The notes: generated by a model not told the origin, from the letters alone. A DNA stretch of 24,284 nucleotides from a candidate division WOR-3 bacterium (GCA_965648905.1 CBFGIT010000036.1:1-24284); one strand, 5' to 3'. Positions 7,229 to 16,141 are shown, counted from the first letter of the stretch. Numbers and translations: made by a program.

Positions 7229-8926
7229 TTGAATACTGCTTTCCTGGGTATAGTGCTACTCCTGCAGGCTGGTCCGAACGGGCCGGCCTCGGATTCTGGG
7301 GTCATCTGGGCTGATTCGAGCCGTCTCACCTCGTTTGAATTCGGTCCCATCACGACTCCCCAGTTCGCCGGCGATTCATTCGAAATCACGGTCTTTGCCA
7401 AAGACCAGTACAACGCGAACTTTCCCTATACCGGTTCTGCGCTGCTCACGACCACACTCGGGCCGTTTGTCATGCCCGGCTCGGTGTCCTTCTCTGCGGG
7501 CGTGCTCCAGCGTCGGGTCGCGGTCTCGCTGGCCGGGAGTATGCAGCTTCGCTGTATTGCCGACTCGGCTCAGGGCACAAGTAACGTCTTCGACGTCCAC
7601 CCCGGAGAGCCGAGCCGCCTGGTTACTATTTTGCCGGGCGAGCAGCTTGCCCGAGGTGTTCCGGGCGGCCGCAGCGGTCGGCCCTCAAGTCAGATTGCCG
7701 GTGATACTTTCACCTTCTCGGTCTATCTGACCGACCAGTGGTACAACCTGATTACGGTGCGCGACGACAGCATCTACCTGGGCGCGACCGACCGGTTCGC
7801 GGTCCTGCCCGCGGCTGGCAAGCTGTCCAACGGCACCGCCTCATTTGTCGGGCAGGTTCGGGCAGCAGGACGTCATCGGTTGTTTGCCTGGCCTAAACCC
7901 GGTTCATCGTTCGAGCCCGACTCATCAACTGCGTTCAGTGTCGTGCCCGGTTCATTCGCCGAGGTCCTGCTGGTCGTGCCGGGCGAAACCCTGCTGCCGG
8001 GTGACACCGCGTCAAGAGCCTGGCAGACTCCAGGCAAGAGCGGCACACCCTCGGTCCAGTTCCTGCGCACCCCATTCCCGGTCTGGGTCTACCCGACCGA
8101 CGCGTGCTGGAACGTCATCATCGGGCCGGGCGACACGGTTTTCTTGCGCTCGGACTTCTCGTTCGATTTCACGCCCGGCGCAGCCGAGCTGCGGGCTCCG
8201 GCTGAGTTCAGCGTTCAGTTCAACTACCCCGGGCCGAATCAGGACCTGTGGTGCGTGGCCCAGCAGTCGGGCAAGACTTCTTACCGCACCAAGCTTGATA
8301 TCCGCGCCTTGGGTAGCAGACTGGTCGTGTCTGCGGCGGAGACGGTGCCTGCCGGAAAACCGGAGTCCATCCGTGTCCGGGTTCTGGACGCGAACGACCA
8401 GCCGATTGTCGCCGCCCTCGTCAGGTCGAGCGTGTTTCAGGGCAACGGCGATATCCTTGACCCTGAACTTCTGACCGACACCTTGGGCAACGCCATTGTC
8501 CGCTTCATTGCGACCCGGGCGCGCATGGCTGAGCAGGACAGCATCCGCGTCACATCCGGCAACGCCTCAACCACCATCGGTATCTATGTCGACATAACCG
8601 ACAGTGCGGTGATGGAGGGTCGAGCAATTGCCTTTCCCAATCCGTTCGGGCTCGACCACCAGCGGACCGAGATTTCCTACTATCTCCAGAACTCAAGCGA
8701 CATCACCCTGAACATTTATGACCCGTTCGGCAACCCGGTATGGACGCGCCGGTTTCGTCGGGGCGAAGATGGCGCCCGGGCCGGACTCAACCGTCGCATC
8801 TACTGGGACGGCACAAATCAGCGCGGCCATCGTGTTGCCAGCGGTGTCTATGTGCTTGAGATTGTCGGCGAGGTGTTCACCGGCACGACGTTCAAGAGCA
8901 ACTACCGGATTGGGGTGGTCTGGTGA
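7229..8926 (+). CDS. Secreted multi-Ig-like-domain protein with C-terminal FlgD-Ig / T9SS-CTD-like domain, 565 aa
   Basis: Hydrophobic N-terminus (FLGIVLLLQA); repeated beta-rich modules; Big_1-like segment (VRVLDANDQPI...LTDTLGNA); C-terminal AFPNPF...IYDPFGNPV...YWDGTNQRGHRVASGVY. Confidence 0.8.
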   Translation: MNTAFLGIVLLLQAGPNGPASDSGVIWADSSRLTSFEFGPITTPQFAGDSFEITVFAKDQYNANFPYTGSALLTTTLGPFVMPGSVSFSAGVLQRRVAVSLAGSMQLRCIADSAQGTSNVFDVHPGEPSRLVTILPGEQLARGVPGGRSGRPSSQIAGDTFTFSVYLTDQWYNLITVRDDSIYLGATDRFAVLPAAGKLSNGTASFVGQVRAAGRHRLFAWPKPGSSFEPDSSTAFSVVPGSFAEVLLVVPGETLLPGDTASRAWQTPGKSGTPSVQFLRTPFPVWVYPTDACWNVIIGPGDTVFLRSDFSFDFTPGAAELRAPAEFSVQFNYPGPNQDLWCVAQQSGKTSYRTKLDIRALGSRLVVSAAETVPAGKPESIRVRVLDANDQPIVAALVRSSVFQGNGDILDPELLTDTLGNAIVRFIATRARMAEQDSIRVTSGNASTTIGIYVDITDSAVMEGRAIAFPNPFGLDHQRTEISYYLQNSSDITLNIYDPFGNPVWTRRFRRGEDGARAGLNRRIYWDGTNQRGHRVASGVYVLEIVGEVFTGTTFKSNYRIGVVW

Positions 8927-10215
8927 CAAGATTCCTCGCGCTGCTGCTACTGCTCGTGTCGTTGGCCGCGGCTGAGGGTGGTCTGCCCGGCGCATTCCTG
9001 AATTACGGTCTTTCACCTCGGAGTCTTGCCATGGGCAAAGCGTTCACCGCGGTCGCGGACGATGCCCAGGCCGGCTACTTCAACCCGGCCGGGCTGTTCC
9101 AGCTCAATGCCCAGGAAGTTATTCTCGCTCACTCGCAGCTCTACGGTGCGCGCATGGAATACGTCGGCTATGCTCTGCCAACAAGAGAGCTTGGGACTTT
9201 CAATATCACCCTGCTCAACTTCGGGGCTGAGGGCATCGAGGCACGGACATTCCGTAATGACCGGCAGGAGGACTACGCGTTTGCCGAGAATGCCTTCTGC
9301 GTATCGTATGCGTACAACCCGTGGAGCGTGTTCGGTTTTGGGGCCAATCTCAAGCTGGTAACCAAGAACCTCGCCCAGTACTCAGACGTCGGCGTCGGGC
9401 TTGACCTGGGTCTGCTTCTCCGGGCACCCGGGCCCCTGGCTTTCGGACTGACGGCCCAGAACGTGCTTCAGCCGAGACTGACGCTCGCCCGGATTCCCGA
9501 GGTTTACCCGCGCACCGTGCGTCTAGGCACGGCGGTGCGTCTGCTCGACGACCGGGTGACGGTTGCCGCCGACCTGGCCACGCCGGTGGTGTTCGACCGG
9601 GATTCTCTTGGCCAGCCGACTCAGAAGTTCACCCCGCACCTTGAACCACACGGTGGAGTTGAGATTGACCTGGTCCCAGGCATTCTCATCCCACGCGTCG
9701 GTATCGACATGAACGAAATCAGCGTGGGACTTGGTGTTCACAAGTCTTGGGGCAAGATGGCGCTGGGTGTTGACTATGCGTTTCTGCTCCATCACCAGTC
9801 GAACTACCGGCTTGCCCCGACCCACAAGGTCGGCTGTATCGTGAACTTTGCCGGATTCCGGGTGTGGATTGATGCTGAGCCGCGGCTGTTCAGTCCGACA
9901 CCTGAAGACAAACAGAACGTCCTCTGGCTTGACTTGCGGCTGATGACCCGGGCGCCGGTAAAGCGCTGGCAGGTCTTGATAAAGAACTCGTTCGGTGAGG
10001 TTGTCCGTTCCTACTCAGGCTGGGACCAGCCGCCGCTGCGCCTGACCTGGGACGGGCTGGATGATGCGGGTCGGTTGGTTTCTGACGGACGATACCTATA
10101 TGAGATAGTCATCATCGACAAGCGGAACACGTCGCTTGAACACTCTGGAACTCTGACTCAGGTCAGAACCCGCGGGCCGCAGGGCAAGATCGAGATCAGG
10201 CCCGGGCAGGAGTAG
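8923..10215 (+). CDS. PorV/UPF0164 (FadL-like) outer-membrane beta-barrel fused to a C-terminal FlgD-Ig-like domain, 430 aa
   Basis: Signal peptide; hallmark N-terminus FLNYGLSPRSLAMGKAFTAVADDAQAGYFNPAGL; amphipathic strands ending VDYAF...THKVG; tail with FSP...TWDGLDDAGRLVSDGRY. GTGA overlap with the upstream gene. Confidence 0.85.
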   Translation: MTRFLALLLLLVSLAAAEGGLPGAFLNYGLSPRSLAMGKAFTAVADDAQAGYFNPAGLFQLNAQEVILAHSQLYGARMEYVGYALPTRELGTFNITLLNFGAEGIEARTFRNDRQEDYAFAENAFCVSYAYNPWSVFGFGANLKLVTKNLAQYSDVGVGLDLGLLLRAPGPLAFGLTAQNVLQPRLTLARIPEVYPRTVRLGTAVRLLDDRVTVAADLATPVVFDRDSLGQPTQKFTPHLEPHGGVEIDLVPGILIPRVGIDMNEISVGLGVHKSWGKMALGVDYAFLLHHQSNYRLAPTHKVGCIVNFAGFRVWIDAEPRLFSPTPEDKQNVLWLDLRLMTRAPVKRWQVLIKNSFGEVVRSYSGWDQPPLRLTWDGLDDAGRLVSDGRYLYEIVIIDKRNTSLEHSGTLTQVRTRGPQGKIEIRPGQE

Positions 10216-10253
10216 AATCACGGAGTGCCGAAAGCTGAGCAGGAGCGGGTAGA

Positions 10254-12758
10254 ATGAGCTGGGCAACGGTCGCGCTGCTGGTCACGGTCGGAGTGCTGTC
10301 ACCAGAGCAGACCCGGCAACTGGTCGAGCGGTACAACAGGGCCCAGGCTGCGGTTGGGGCGCACGACTACGAACAGGCAGGCAAGCTGCTGGGCGGCCTG
10401 GTTCGCGACTTCGGCGGCAGTGAGTTCGGCAACGAGCTCGAGTACGCGCTGGCCGAGTGCTACTTCAACATGGGTCAGTACAGTCGGGCCTACGAGTCGT
10501 TCACAAAGCTGCTCGCCCGACCGCAGTACTCCTACATCAAGCCCGAGGCGATGTACGGCGCTGCGGTTTCGGCAATCATGCTCGGCAGCTTCCGTGAGGC
10601 CCAGGACCTGCTCGAGAAGCTGTCCAAGGAACAGGGTTATGACCGAGACGAACGGACCAGTTTCGCACTCGGCGTGCTCTACTACTTCCAGAAGAGTTAC
10701 GAACAGGCGATCGTCCGGCTGACCGGTCTGGAGATGCCCGAGGCGAAGTTCTACCTGGCTAAGGCGTACGCGCTCACCGGCAAACCACTGCCCGCGCTGG
10801 TGAAGTTCAAGGAAGTAACGGCCGAGGTGCCGAATACCCCGCTTGCGACCATGGCCCATTTCGCCGCTGGTCAGGCGCTTTTCATCAATCGTGACTATGA
10901 TGGCGCCCGGGCCAAGTTCCAGCAGTTCGTTGACAACTTCCCCTACTCGAACCTGGCCGACTTTGCCAGCTACTTTCTCGGGTGTGCACTGTTGGCGCAG
11001 AAGCAGTACGCGGCCGCGGTTGACCGGTTCATGCCTTTGACGCGCCATTCGAACAACCTGCTGGCGGCACATGCGAACTACTGGGTGGGCTATGCCGACT
11101 TGGCCCTGGGCAAGGCGCAGAGCGCGGTTGAGCGGTTCCAGCGGGTCCGGGCGAACTACCCGAAGACCAAGGTGTCAAGCTACGCCAACCTGCAACTGTC
11201 CCAGGCGATGCTTGCCACCGCGGACACGATTCAGACCCTGCTGGCGACCAGCCAGTTGGCCACGATGTTCAAGTCCGGAGACCTGGCCGGAGTCGGGAAC
11301 TATCTGTCCGGGGTCATCTCGTATCAGGTTCGTGAATACGACAAGGCAGCCCAGCAGTTCGAGACCGTACTCGTCAACTACGCGACGACCGCCTTGCGCG
11401 AGCCGGCCTGTGCCATGTTGCTTTTGGCTCTGGCCAGTTCGGGTCAGTACGAGAAGAGCGCGGCGATCGGCGCGAAGTACGTAGCCGACTTTCCCGACGA
11501 CACGACCCATTGGCGGGCCAAGACGCTGTATTTCCTGGCCGAGGGTCTGTACTATGACCGGAAGTACAGCGATGCCGACGCCTATTACCAGCAGGCTTAT
11601 TCCCGGTTTGCCAGTTCGGACATTGCGCCCTATGCCCGGCTCGGACGTGCCTACTGCCTTTATCACAACGGACGGTTGGGCGAGGCGGTCACGGGATTCA
11701 AGGCGCTGCTCAACGCCCGTGTCACCGACACGCTCTTCACCATCAGCGCCTATCTGGGCTACGGATATGCCCTGTTCAACCAGAAAGACTACCTCAAGGC
11801 GCTCGATGTGTTCGAGGCACTCACCAACACTTTCCCGGACCGCGATTTCGCCGCTATCCCCGGTTACTTCTACGCCGGTTACTGCTACTACCAGATGAAG
11901 TACTACGGCCAGGCGGTCGATGCCTGGACCGCGCTCATCAACAAGTTCCCGGGCAACAACAGCAAGGCGGCTGAGGCGGCGTTCCGTTCCGGCGACACGT
12001 ATTTCAAGGCCCTCGACTACGACAAGGCGATTGCGACCTTCACGTTCGTGATTGAGCGCTACCCGTTCTCCGATTTCGGTCCGCCTTCACAGGCACTGAT
12101 TGCTCAGTGCTACTACAACCGCAAGCAGTTTCTCGATGCGGTTCGTGAATACCAGAAGTTCATCGACCTGTACCCCTCGGACCCGCAGGTGCCGAGCGTG
12201 CGCAAGAGTCTGGAGGCGAGCTACTACTTTGCCGGCCAGGACGATTCGATGGTCATGGACGACTTCCTGCGACGCTTCCCCCAGTCGGAGATGGCGGCTG
12301 AGGGCCAGTACGAACGGGGCCGAAAGCTCTACGATGCCGGCGACTATGAACAGGCGGTTGCCGAACTGCAGAAAGCCGTCGTCAACTTCCCGGGTTCGCC
12401 GGTTGCGGGCGATGCCCAACTGCTGACCGCGGAAGCGTACGCCCAGCTCAAACGCTGGCCTGAGGCAGCCCAGGCGTACGAGCGTTTTCTTGCCTATTTC
12501 CCGAACCACGAGCAGCAGGCCGGCGCAACGTTCAATCTGGCGACCGCGTACTTCAACGCTGGTTCGTATCAGCAGAGCCTGAAGTGGTTCCAGACCGTCA
12601 CCGACTCATTTCCCGACTCTGAGTTTGCCGAAAGCGCCCGCAAGAACATCGAGGTGTCGCGCAAGCGACTGGGCGCAGGCGAAGGGGCCGGGCCGGAGAC
12701 GACCGGCGATGCCGTTTCCGGCGAAAGCACTCCAACCCAAGGAGAAAGACAGCAATGA
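10254..12758 (+). CDS. Large periplasmic TPR-repeat protein (BamD/CpoB-like repeats), 834 aa
   Basis: SD AGGAG at 10241-10245; hydrophobic N-terminus; many TPR-like units such as YALAECYFNMGQYSRA, FRSGDTYFKALDYDKAI and FNLATAYFNAGSYQQS, with recurrent F/YP-x-S motifs. Confidence 0.88.
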   Translation: MSWATVALLVTVGVLSPEQTRQLVERYNRAQAAVGAHDYEQAGKLLGGLVRDFGGSEFGNELEYALAECYFNMGQYSRAYESFTKLLARPQYSYIKPEAMYGAAVSAIMLGSFREAQDLLEKLSKEQGYDRDERTSFALGVLYYFQKSYEQAIVRLTGLEMPEAKFYLAKAYALTGKPLPALVKFKEVTAEVPNTPLATMAHFAAGQALFINRDYDGARAKFQQFVDNFPYSNLADFASYFLGCALLAQKQYAAAVDRFMPLTRHSNNLLAAHANYWVGYADLALGKAQSAVERFQRVRANYPKTKVSSYANLQLSQAMLATADTIQTLLATSQLATMFKSGDLAGVGNYLSGVISYQVREYDKAAQQFETVLVNYATTALREPACAMLLLALASSGQYEKSAAIGAKYVADFPDDTTHWRAKTLYFLAEGLYYDRKYSDADAYYQQAYSRFASSDIAPYARLGRAYCLYHNGRLGEAVTGFKALLNARVTDTLFTISAYLGYGYALFNQKDYLKALDVFEALTNTFPDRDFAAIPGYFYAGYCYYQMKYYGQAVDAWTALINKFPGNNSKAAEAAFRSGDTYFKALDYDKAIATFTFVIERYPFSDFGPPSQALIAQCYYNRKQFLDAVREYQKFIDLYPSDPQVPSVRKSLEASYYFAGQDDSMVMDDFLRRFPQSEMAAEGQYERGRKLYDAGDYEQAVAELQKAVVNFPGSPVAGDAQLLTAEAYAQLKRWPEAAQAYERFLAYFPNHEQQAGATFNLATAYFNAGSYQQSLKWFQTVTDSFPDSEFAESARKNIEVSRKRLGAGEGAGPETTGDAVSGESTPTQGERQQ

Positions 12759-13468
12759 TACTCGGCCGAAGCATTCTTGACCTTTTCAAGGGCAGCGTGG
12801 TCATGGTCCTGCTCCTGCTCGCCTCGATTGCCGCCCTGGCGCTCGTGATCGAGCGGCTGCTCTATTTCTTCCGCAACCGGTTCAACACCACCCGGGGTCT
12901 GACTGAGCTCAGACAGCGGCTCGCCAGTTCGGGTACTGCCGAAGCGCTCAACTGGTGCCGCAACCAGAAGAACCCGCTGGGCCGGATGTTCACGGTGGCG
13001 CTGGAGAACTTCTCGCTCGGCAGCGCCGAGCTGTCCGACCTGCTCTACAGCCTGATTCTGGAGGAACGAATCCGGTTCGAACGGCTGCTGGGCGGCATGG
13101 GCACGCTGGCCAACGTCGCCACCCTGCTCGGGCTGCTGGGCACGGTCACCGGACTCATCAACGCGTTCCACAATATCGCGGTGACCGGCTCGGGCGGACC
13201 CGCGGTCGTCTCCGGTGGTATCGCTGAGGCACTCATCACGACCGCGTTCGGGCTGTTCATCGGCATCCCGACGCTCTTCTTCTACAACTATTTCTCCAAG
13301 AAGTCGGCTGACCTGACCATCAGTCTGGAGAGCACCTGCGACCGACTGGTCGTGATGCTGAGTCGGATGAAGGAGAAAGGTATTTGTGAGCCGGCCCGCG
13401 AGCAGCCCGCGGTTGCGCTCCGGCCGCCCCACCCGGCAACGGCCGAGGATTCGGGCTGGAAATTCTGA
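12755..13468 (+). CDS. exbB: MotA/TolQ/ExbB proton channel family protein, 237 aa
   Basis: Three TM segments; motifs IERL, LLGLLGTVTGLINAF and GGIAEALITTAFGLFIGIP; ATGA overlap. Confidence 0.93.
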   Translation: MILGRSILDLFKGSVVMVLLLLASIAALALVIERLLYFFRNRFNTTRGLTELRQRLASSGTAEALNWCRNQKNPLGRMFTVALENFSLGSAELSDLLYSLILEERIRFERLLGGMGTLANVATLLGLLGTVTGLINAFHNIAVTGSGGPAVVSGGIAEALITTAFGLFIGIPTLFFYNYFSKKSADLTISLESTCDRLVVMLSRMKEKGICEPAREQPAVALRPPHPATAEDSGWKF

Positions 13469-13881
13469 TGCGTCGCCGACCGGTAGAGCCGCGCAGGAAC
13501 GAGCTGATTCTGACGTCGCTGGTGGACATCGCCTTGTCGCTCGTCATCGGATTCATGGTGGCCATGCCGCTTTTCTTTGAGACCGGGATCTTTGTGTCGG
13601 CACCGGGCGTGGCCCGGGTCGGCAAGAGCGAGCCGGGTTCGGACATCAAGGCCAACGTGTTCATCGCCAACAGCGGCCAGATCCTCCTGAACGAGGCGCC
13701 GGTGTCGTTCGAGAACCTGGCTGACCTGCTGCCCAAGCTGCTCGACCGCAGCGTCGAGCGAAGAGTGGTGGTTGCGACCGACGATTCGGTACGCTATGAA
13801 CGGGTGATGAGGGTGCTTGACATCGCCAAACAGTCCGGGGCCGCAGACCTGGCTCTGTTGCGCAAGCGGAGGGTCAAGTGA
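13468..13881 (+). CDS. exbD: ExbD/TolR family protein (copy 1, TM Asp retained), 137 aa
   Basis: LTSLVDIALSLVIGFMVAMP TM; DDSVRYERVMRVLDIAKQSG C-terminal motif; TGATG coupling. Confidence 0.9.
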   Translation: MRRRPVEPRRNELILTSLVDIALSLVIGFMVAMPLFFETGIFVSAPGVARVGKSEPGSDIKANVFIANSGQILLNEAPVSFENLADLLPKLLDRSVERRVVVATDDSVRYERVMRVLDIAKQSGAADLALLRKRRVK

Positions 13882-14273
13882 AGAACGTCGCCAACATTGA
13901 TATCCTGCCGATGGCCGCAGTCGGGCTCATCCTCGTACTGATCATGATGGTAATCTCGCCGCTGGTGGTATCGCAGAACAGCACGCCGGTAACGTTGCCC
14001 CAGACGCATACTTCTGAGCGCAAGGTCGAGAACGACATCAACATCACCTACACCCGTGAGGGCAACCTGCTCGTGAATGACCAGCCGGTCCGCGACCTCG
14101 AAGAGCTGGGCACTGCGCTCGAGCGCGAGCTGGTGTCAGACCCCTATCTGCTTGTCGTGGTACGGGCCGACACCGCCTGTCTCCATTCGGGCGTACTCGA
14201 TATTCTGTCCGCGGCCAAAGCGGCCGGCGCGCTGCGGATTGCCTGCGCGACCAAGCGGTTCAAGGAAGGCTAG
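13878..14273 (+). CDS. exbD: ExbD/TolR family protein (copy 2, TM Asp replaced by Ala), 131 aa
   Basis: IDILPMAAVGLILVLIMMVISP TM, VTLP, VVRAD...VLDILSAAKAAG; GTGA overlap. Confidence 0.85.
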   Translation: MKNVANIDILPMAAVGLILVLIMMVISPLVVSQNSTPVTLPQTHTSERKVENDINITYTREGNLLVNDQPVRDLEELGTALERELVSDPYLLVVVRADTACLHSGVLDILSAAKAAGALRIACATKRFKEG

Positions 14274-14274
14274 T

Positions 14275-15204
14275 ATGGCGCAGTTGTTTGAGGAAAAGGG
14301 CCTGCGCGGGATTGACATCTCGGTCGCGGTGTCGGTCGTGCTCCACGCCGCGCTGCTCGTGCTCTTCTCCCGGGCCACGCCCCGGGCGCGGGGGACGACC
14401 GAAGACCTGAAGCAGGTGACTTTCATGGACGTGACTTACCGGCCCGAGGTCGCTCAGCTTCTGCCCAAGGCCGCGTTCACCGGCGGTAGTTCGAACCTGC
14501 CCGACGCGCCGGTCCCGACCTATGCCTCGGGCGTGGCCGCCGAAGAAGTGCCGTCGATTGACATGTCGGCCACGCTCGAACGCGACCAGTCGCAGGCTTC
14601 AATTGACATGGACCGGTACGAGCTCGACCGCGGTGAGGGCGGCATGGACGTCATCCGGCTGGGCGGTTCAAGCTCGGGCAAGTCGACCGAGGAGATTCTG
14701 GCACAACCCAAGGTTGAACTGGCCCGCGGTCTGGGCGGCCGCGGCTCGGGCGCAGGACTTCCGGGGCTCGCCGGGTATCCGGGTGTGGCTCAGCCTCAGG
14801 CCCAGTTGTCAATTGAACACCGGGCGCTCGAGAAGCCTGCGGCCCGGGCCCTGCCCCAGATGCCGACCCAGGATTTGCCCAAGGTCGAAGCGCCGGTCGC
14901 CCAGGGCAGCCAGTTCATGATTGCCGGTCCGATTTCTCAGCGACAGATAAACCGCAAAGTCGTGCCCAAGTACCCGCGCTGGGCGCTGGACCGCCGCATC
15001 TCCGGCACGGTCATCGTCAGGATATGGGTACTGCCCAACGGTCAGGTCAAAGGTGCGCCGACAGTCGAGACCAGCTCAGGCTATCCTGACCTCGACCAGG
15101 TTGTGGTCGACGCGCTGCGCGGCTGGGAATTCGCCCCGCTCGGGCCCGGCGTGAAGTCCGAGGACCAGTGGGGTGTTGTTACCTTCAAGTTCGCCCTCTC
15201 ATAA
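14275..15204 (+). CDS. tonB: Energy transducer TonB family protein, 309 aa
   Basis: TM with SxxxH (VSVVLHAALL); Gly/Pro-rich linker; TonB_C PKYPRWALDRRISGTVIVRIWV...SSGYPDLDQVVVDALRGWEFAP. Start ATG 14275, 1 nt after the exbD2 stop. Confidence 0.9.
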   Translation: MAQLFEEKGLRGIDISVAVSVVLHAALLVLFSRATPRARGTTEDLKQVTFMDVTYRPEVAQLLPKAAFTGGSSNLPDAPVPTYASGVAAEEVPSIDMSATLERDQSQASIDMDRYELDRGEGGMDVIRLGGSSSGKSTEEILAQPKVELARGLGGRGSGAGLPGLAGYPGVAQPQAQLSIEHRALEKPAARALPQMPTQDLPKVEAPVAQGSQFMIAGPISQRQINRKVVPKYPRWALDRRISGTVIVRIWVLPNGQVKGAPTVETSSGYPDLDQVVVDALRGWEFAPLGPGVKSEDQWGVVTFKFALS

Positions 15205-15205
15205 C

Positions 15206-16102
15206 ATGCGCACACTTACACTGCTGCTTGTGGCATCGCTGGCTCTGGCCCAACCTGACTCAGGGAAGACAGCGCAGGCCCCAAAGCCGGCTGATGCCCA
15301 TACCCTGGGCGAAGAAGTCATCACCGGCGAGGCCGAAGTCAAGGTCACGGATACCAAAGTATGGTTCCCACCCCAGATTGACCCGTTCGCTCCGGTCAAC
15401 GCCATCCTCGCGCCCGAGTCCTATGTCCTTGACGAAGGGCTGTACCATTCGGTTGACTCGATGACCGTGCCGCACCACTTCATTCACTCCTCCTACCTGC
15501 GCGTGCCGGTGGAACGGAACTTCATCTACGGTGATATCATGGTCTTTCTCCCTTCGTTTGAGTCGCGAGTCGCAACCTGGGAACTGGTCGTCGCCAACTC
15601 GCTGGGGGAGACCGTGCGTCGGGTCAAGCAGAAGGGGCAGCCGCCCGCGGTCATCACCTGGGATGGCCGGAGCGACGCGGGTGAGCCGATCGCCCCGGGT
15701 GAGGTCTACAGCTTCACGTTCAACGCCTATGACGCCCAGGCCAACCAGACGAGGATTCCGGGTCAGCCCCAGCGTATCAACGCGGTCGTCTACCAGCAGA
15801 AGGACGAATGGGTCGTGGCGATGGCCGCGGACCAGATATTCGCCGGTGACGGCGCGCAACTGGTGGAGCTGGCCGGCTCGCGGCTCGATGAGGCGGCCAA
15901 TGTGGTCAAGGAGCGGTTCAAGAAGGAAGTCATCGTCTACGTCTATTCCGAGCAGGAGCGGTTGTCGGCCGAGCGCTGCCGCGTCATCAAGGCGGAGCTG
16001 GCGCGCCGCGTTGTCCTGCCGCCCGAAGCGCTGAAGGTTGCCCCGCGCTTTGTTCCCGGGCTTCAGCCCAAGAACTCCAGAGTCGAAATCCACGTTATCT
16101 AG
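15206..16102 (+). CDS. Exported protein with FlgD-Ig-like domain and degenerate OmpA-like C-terminal domain, 298 aa
   Basis: Signal peptide MRTLTLLLVASLALA; WELVVANSLGETVR...TWDGRSDAGEPIAPGEVY; C-terminal IFAGDGAQL...LDEAA...LSAERC...NSRVEI resembling OmpA_C (LS..RA, NRRVEI). Confidence 0.7.
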   Translation: MRTLTLLLVASLALAQPDSGKTAQAPKPADAHTLGEEVITGEAEVKVTDTKVWFPPQIDPFAPVNAILAPESYVLDEGLYHSVDSMTVPHHFIHSSYLRVPVERNFIYGDIMVFLPSFESRVATWELVVANSLGETVRRVKQKGQPPAVITWDGRSDAGEPIAPGEVYSFTFNAYDAQANQTRIPGQPQRINAVVYQQKDEWVVAMAADQIFAGDGAQLVELAGSRLDEAANVVKERFKKEVIVYVYSEQERLSAERCRVIKAELARRVVLPPEALKVAPRFVPGLQPKNSRVEIHVI

Positions 16103-16141
16103 TCGGCCCGGCCGCTCGTTCTGCCGCGGTCCGGTCCGAAA

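Noticed and set aside
14077..14274. Extended start for TonB (likewise 15173, 16859, 18370, 18905 and 21532 for later genes)
   Set aside because: These overlap upstream genes or SD sequences; downstream starts give proper signal/TM N-termini and translational coupling.
12755..16102. Tol-Pal cell-division operon
   Set aside because: No TolB propeller or Pal lipoprotein; two ExbD copies and a TonB_C domain with the YP motif fit TonB-ExbBD better.
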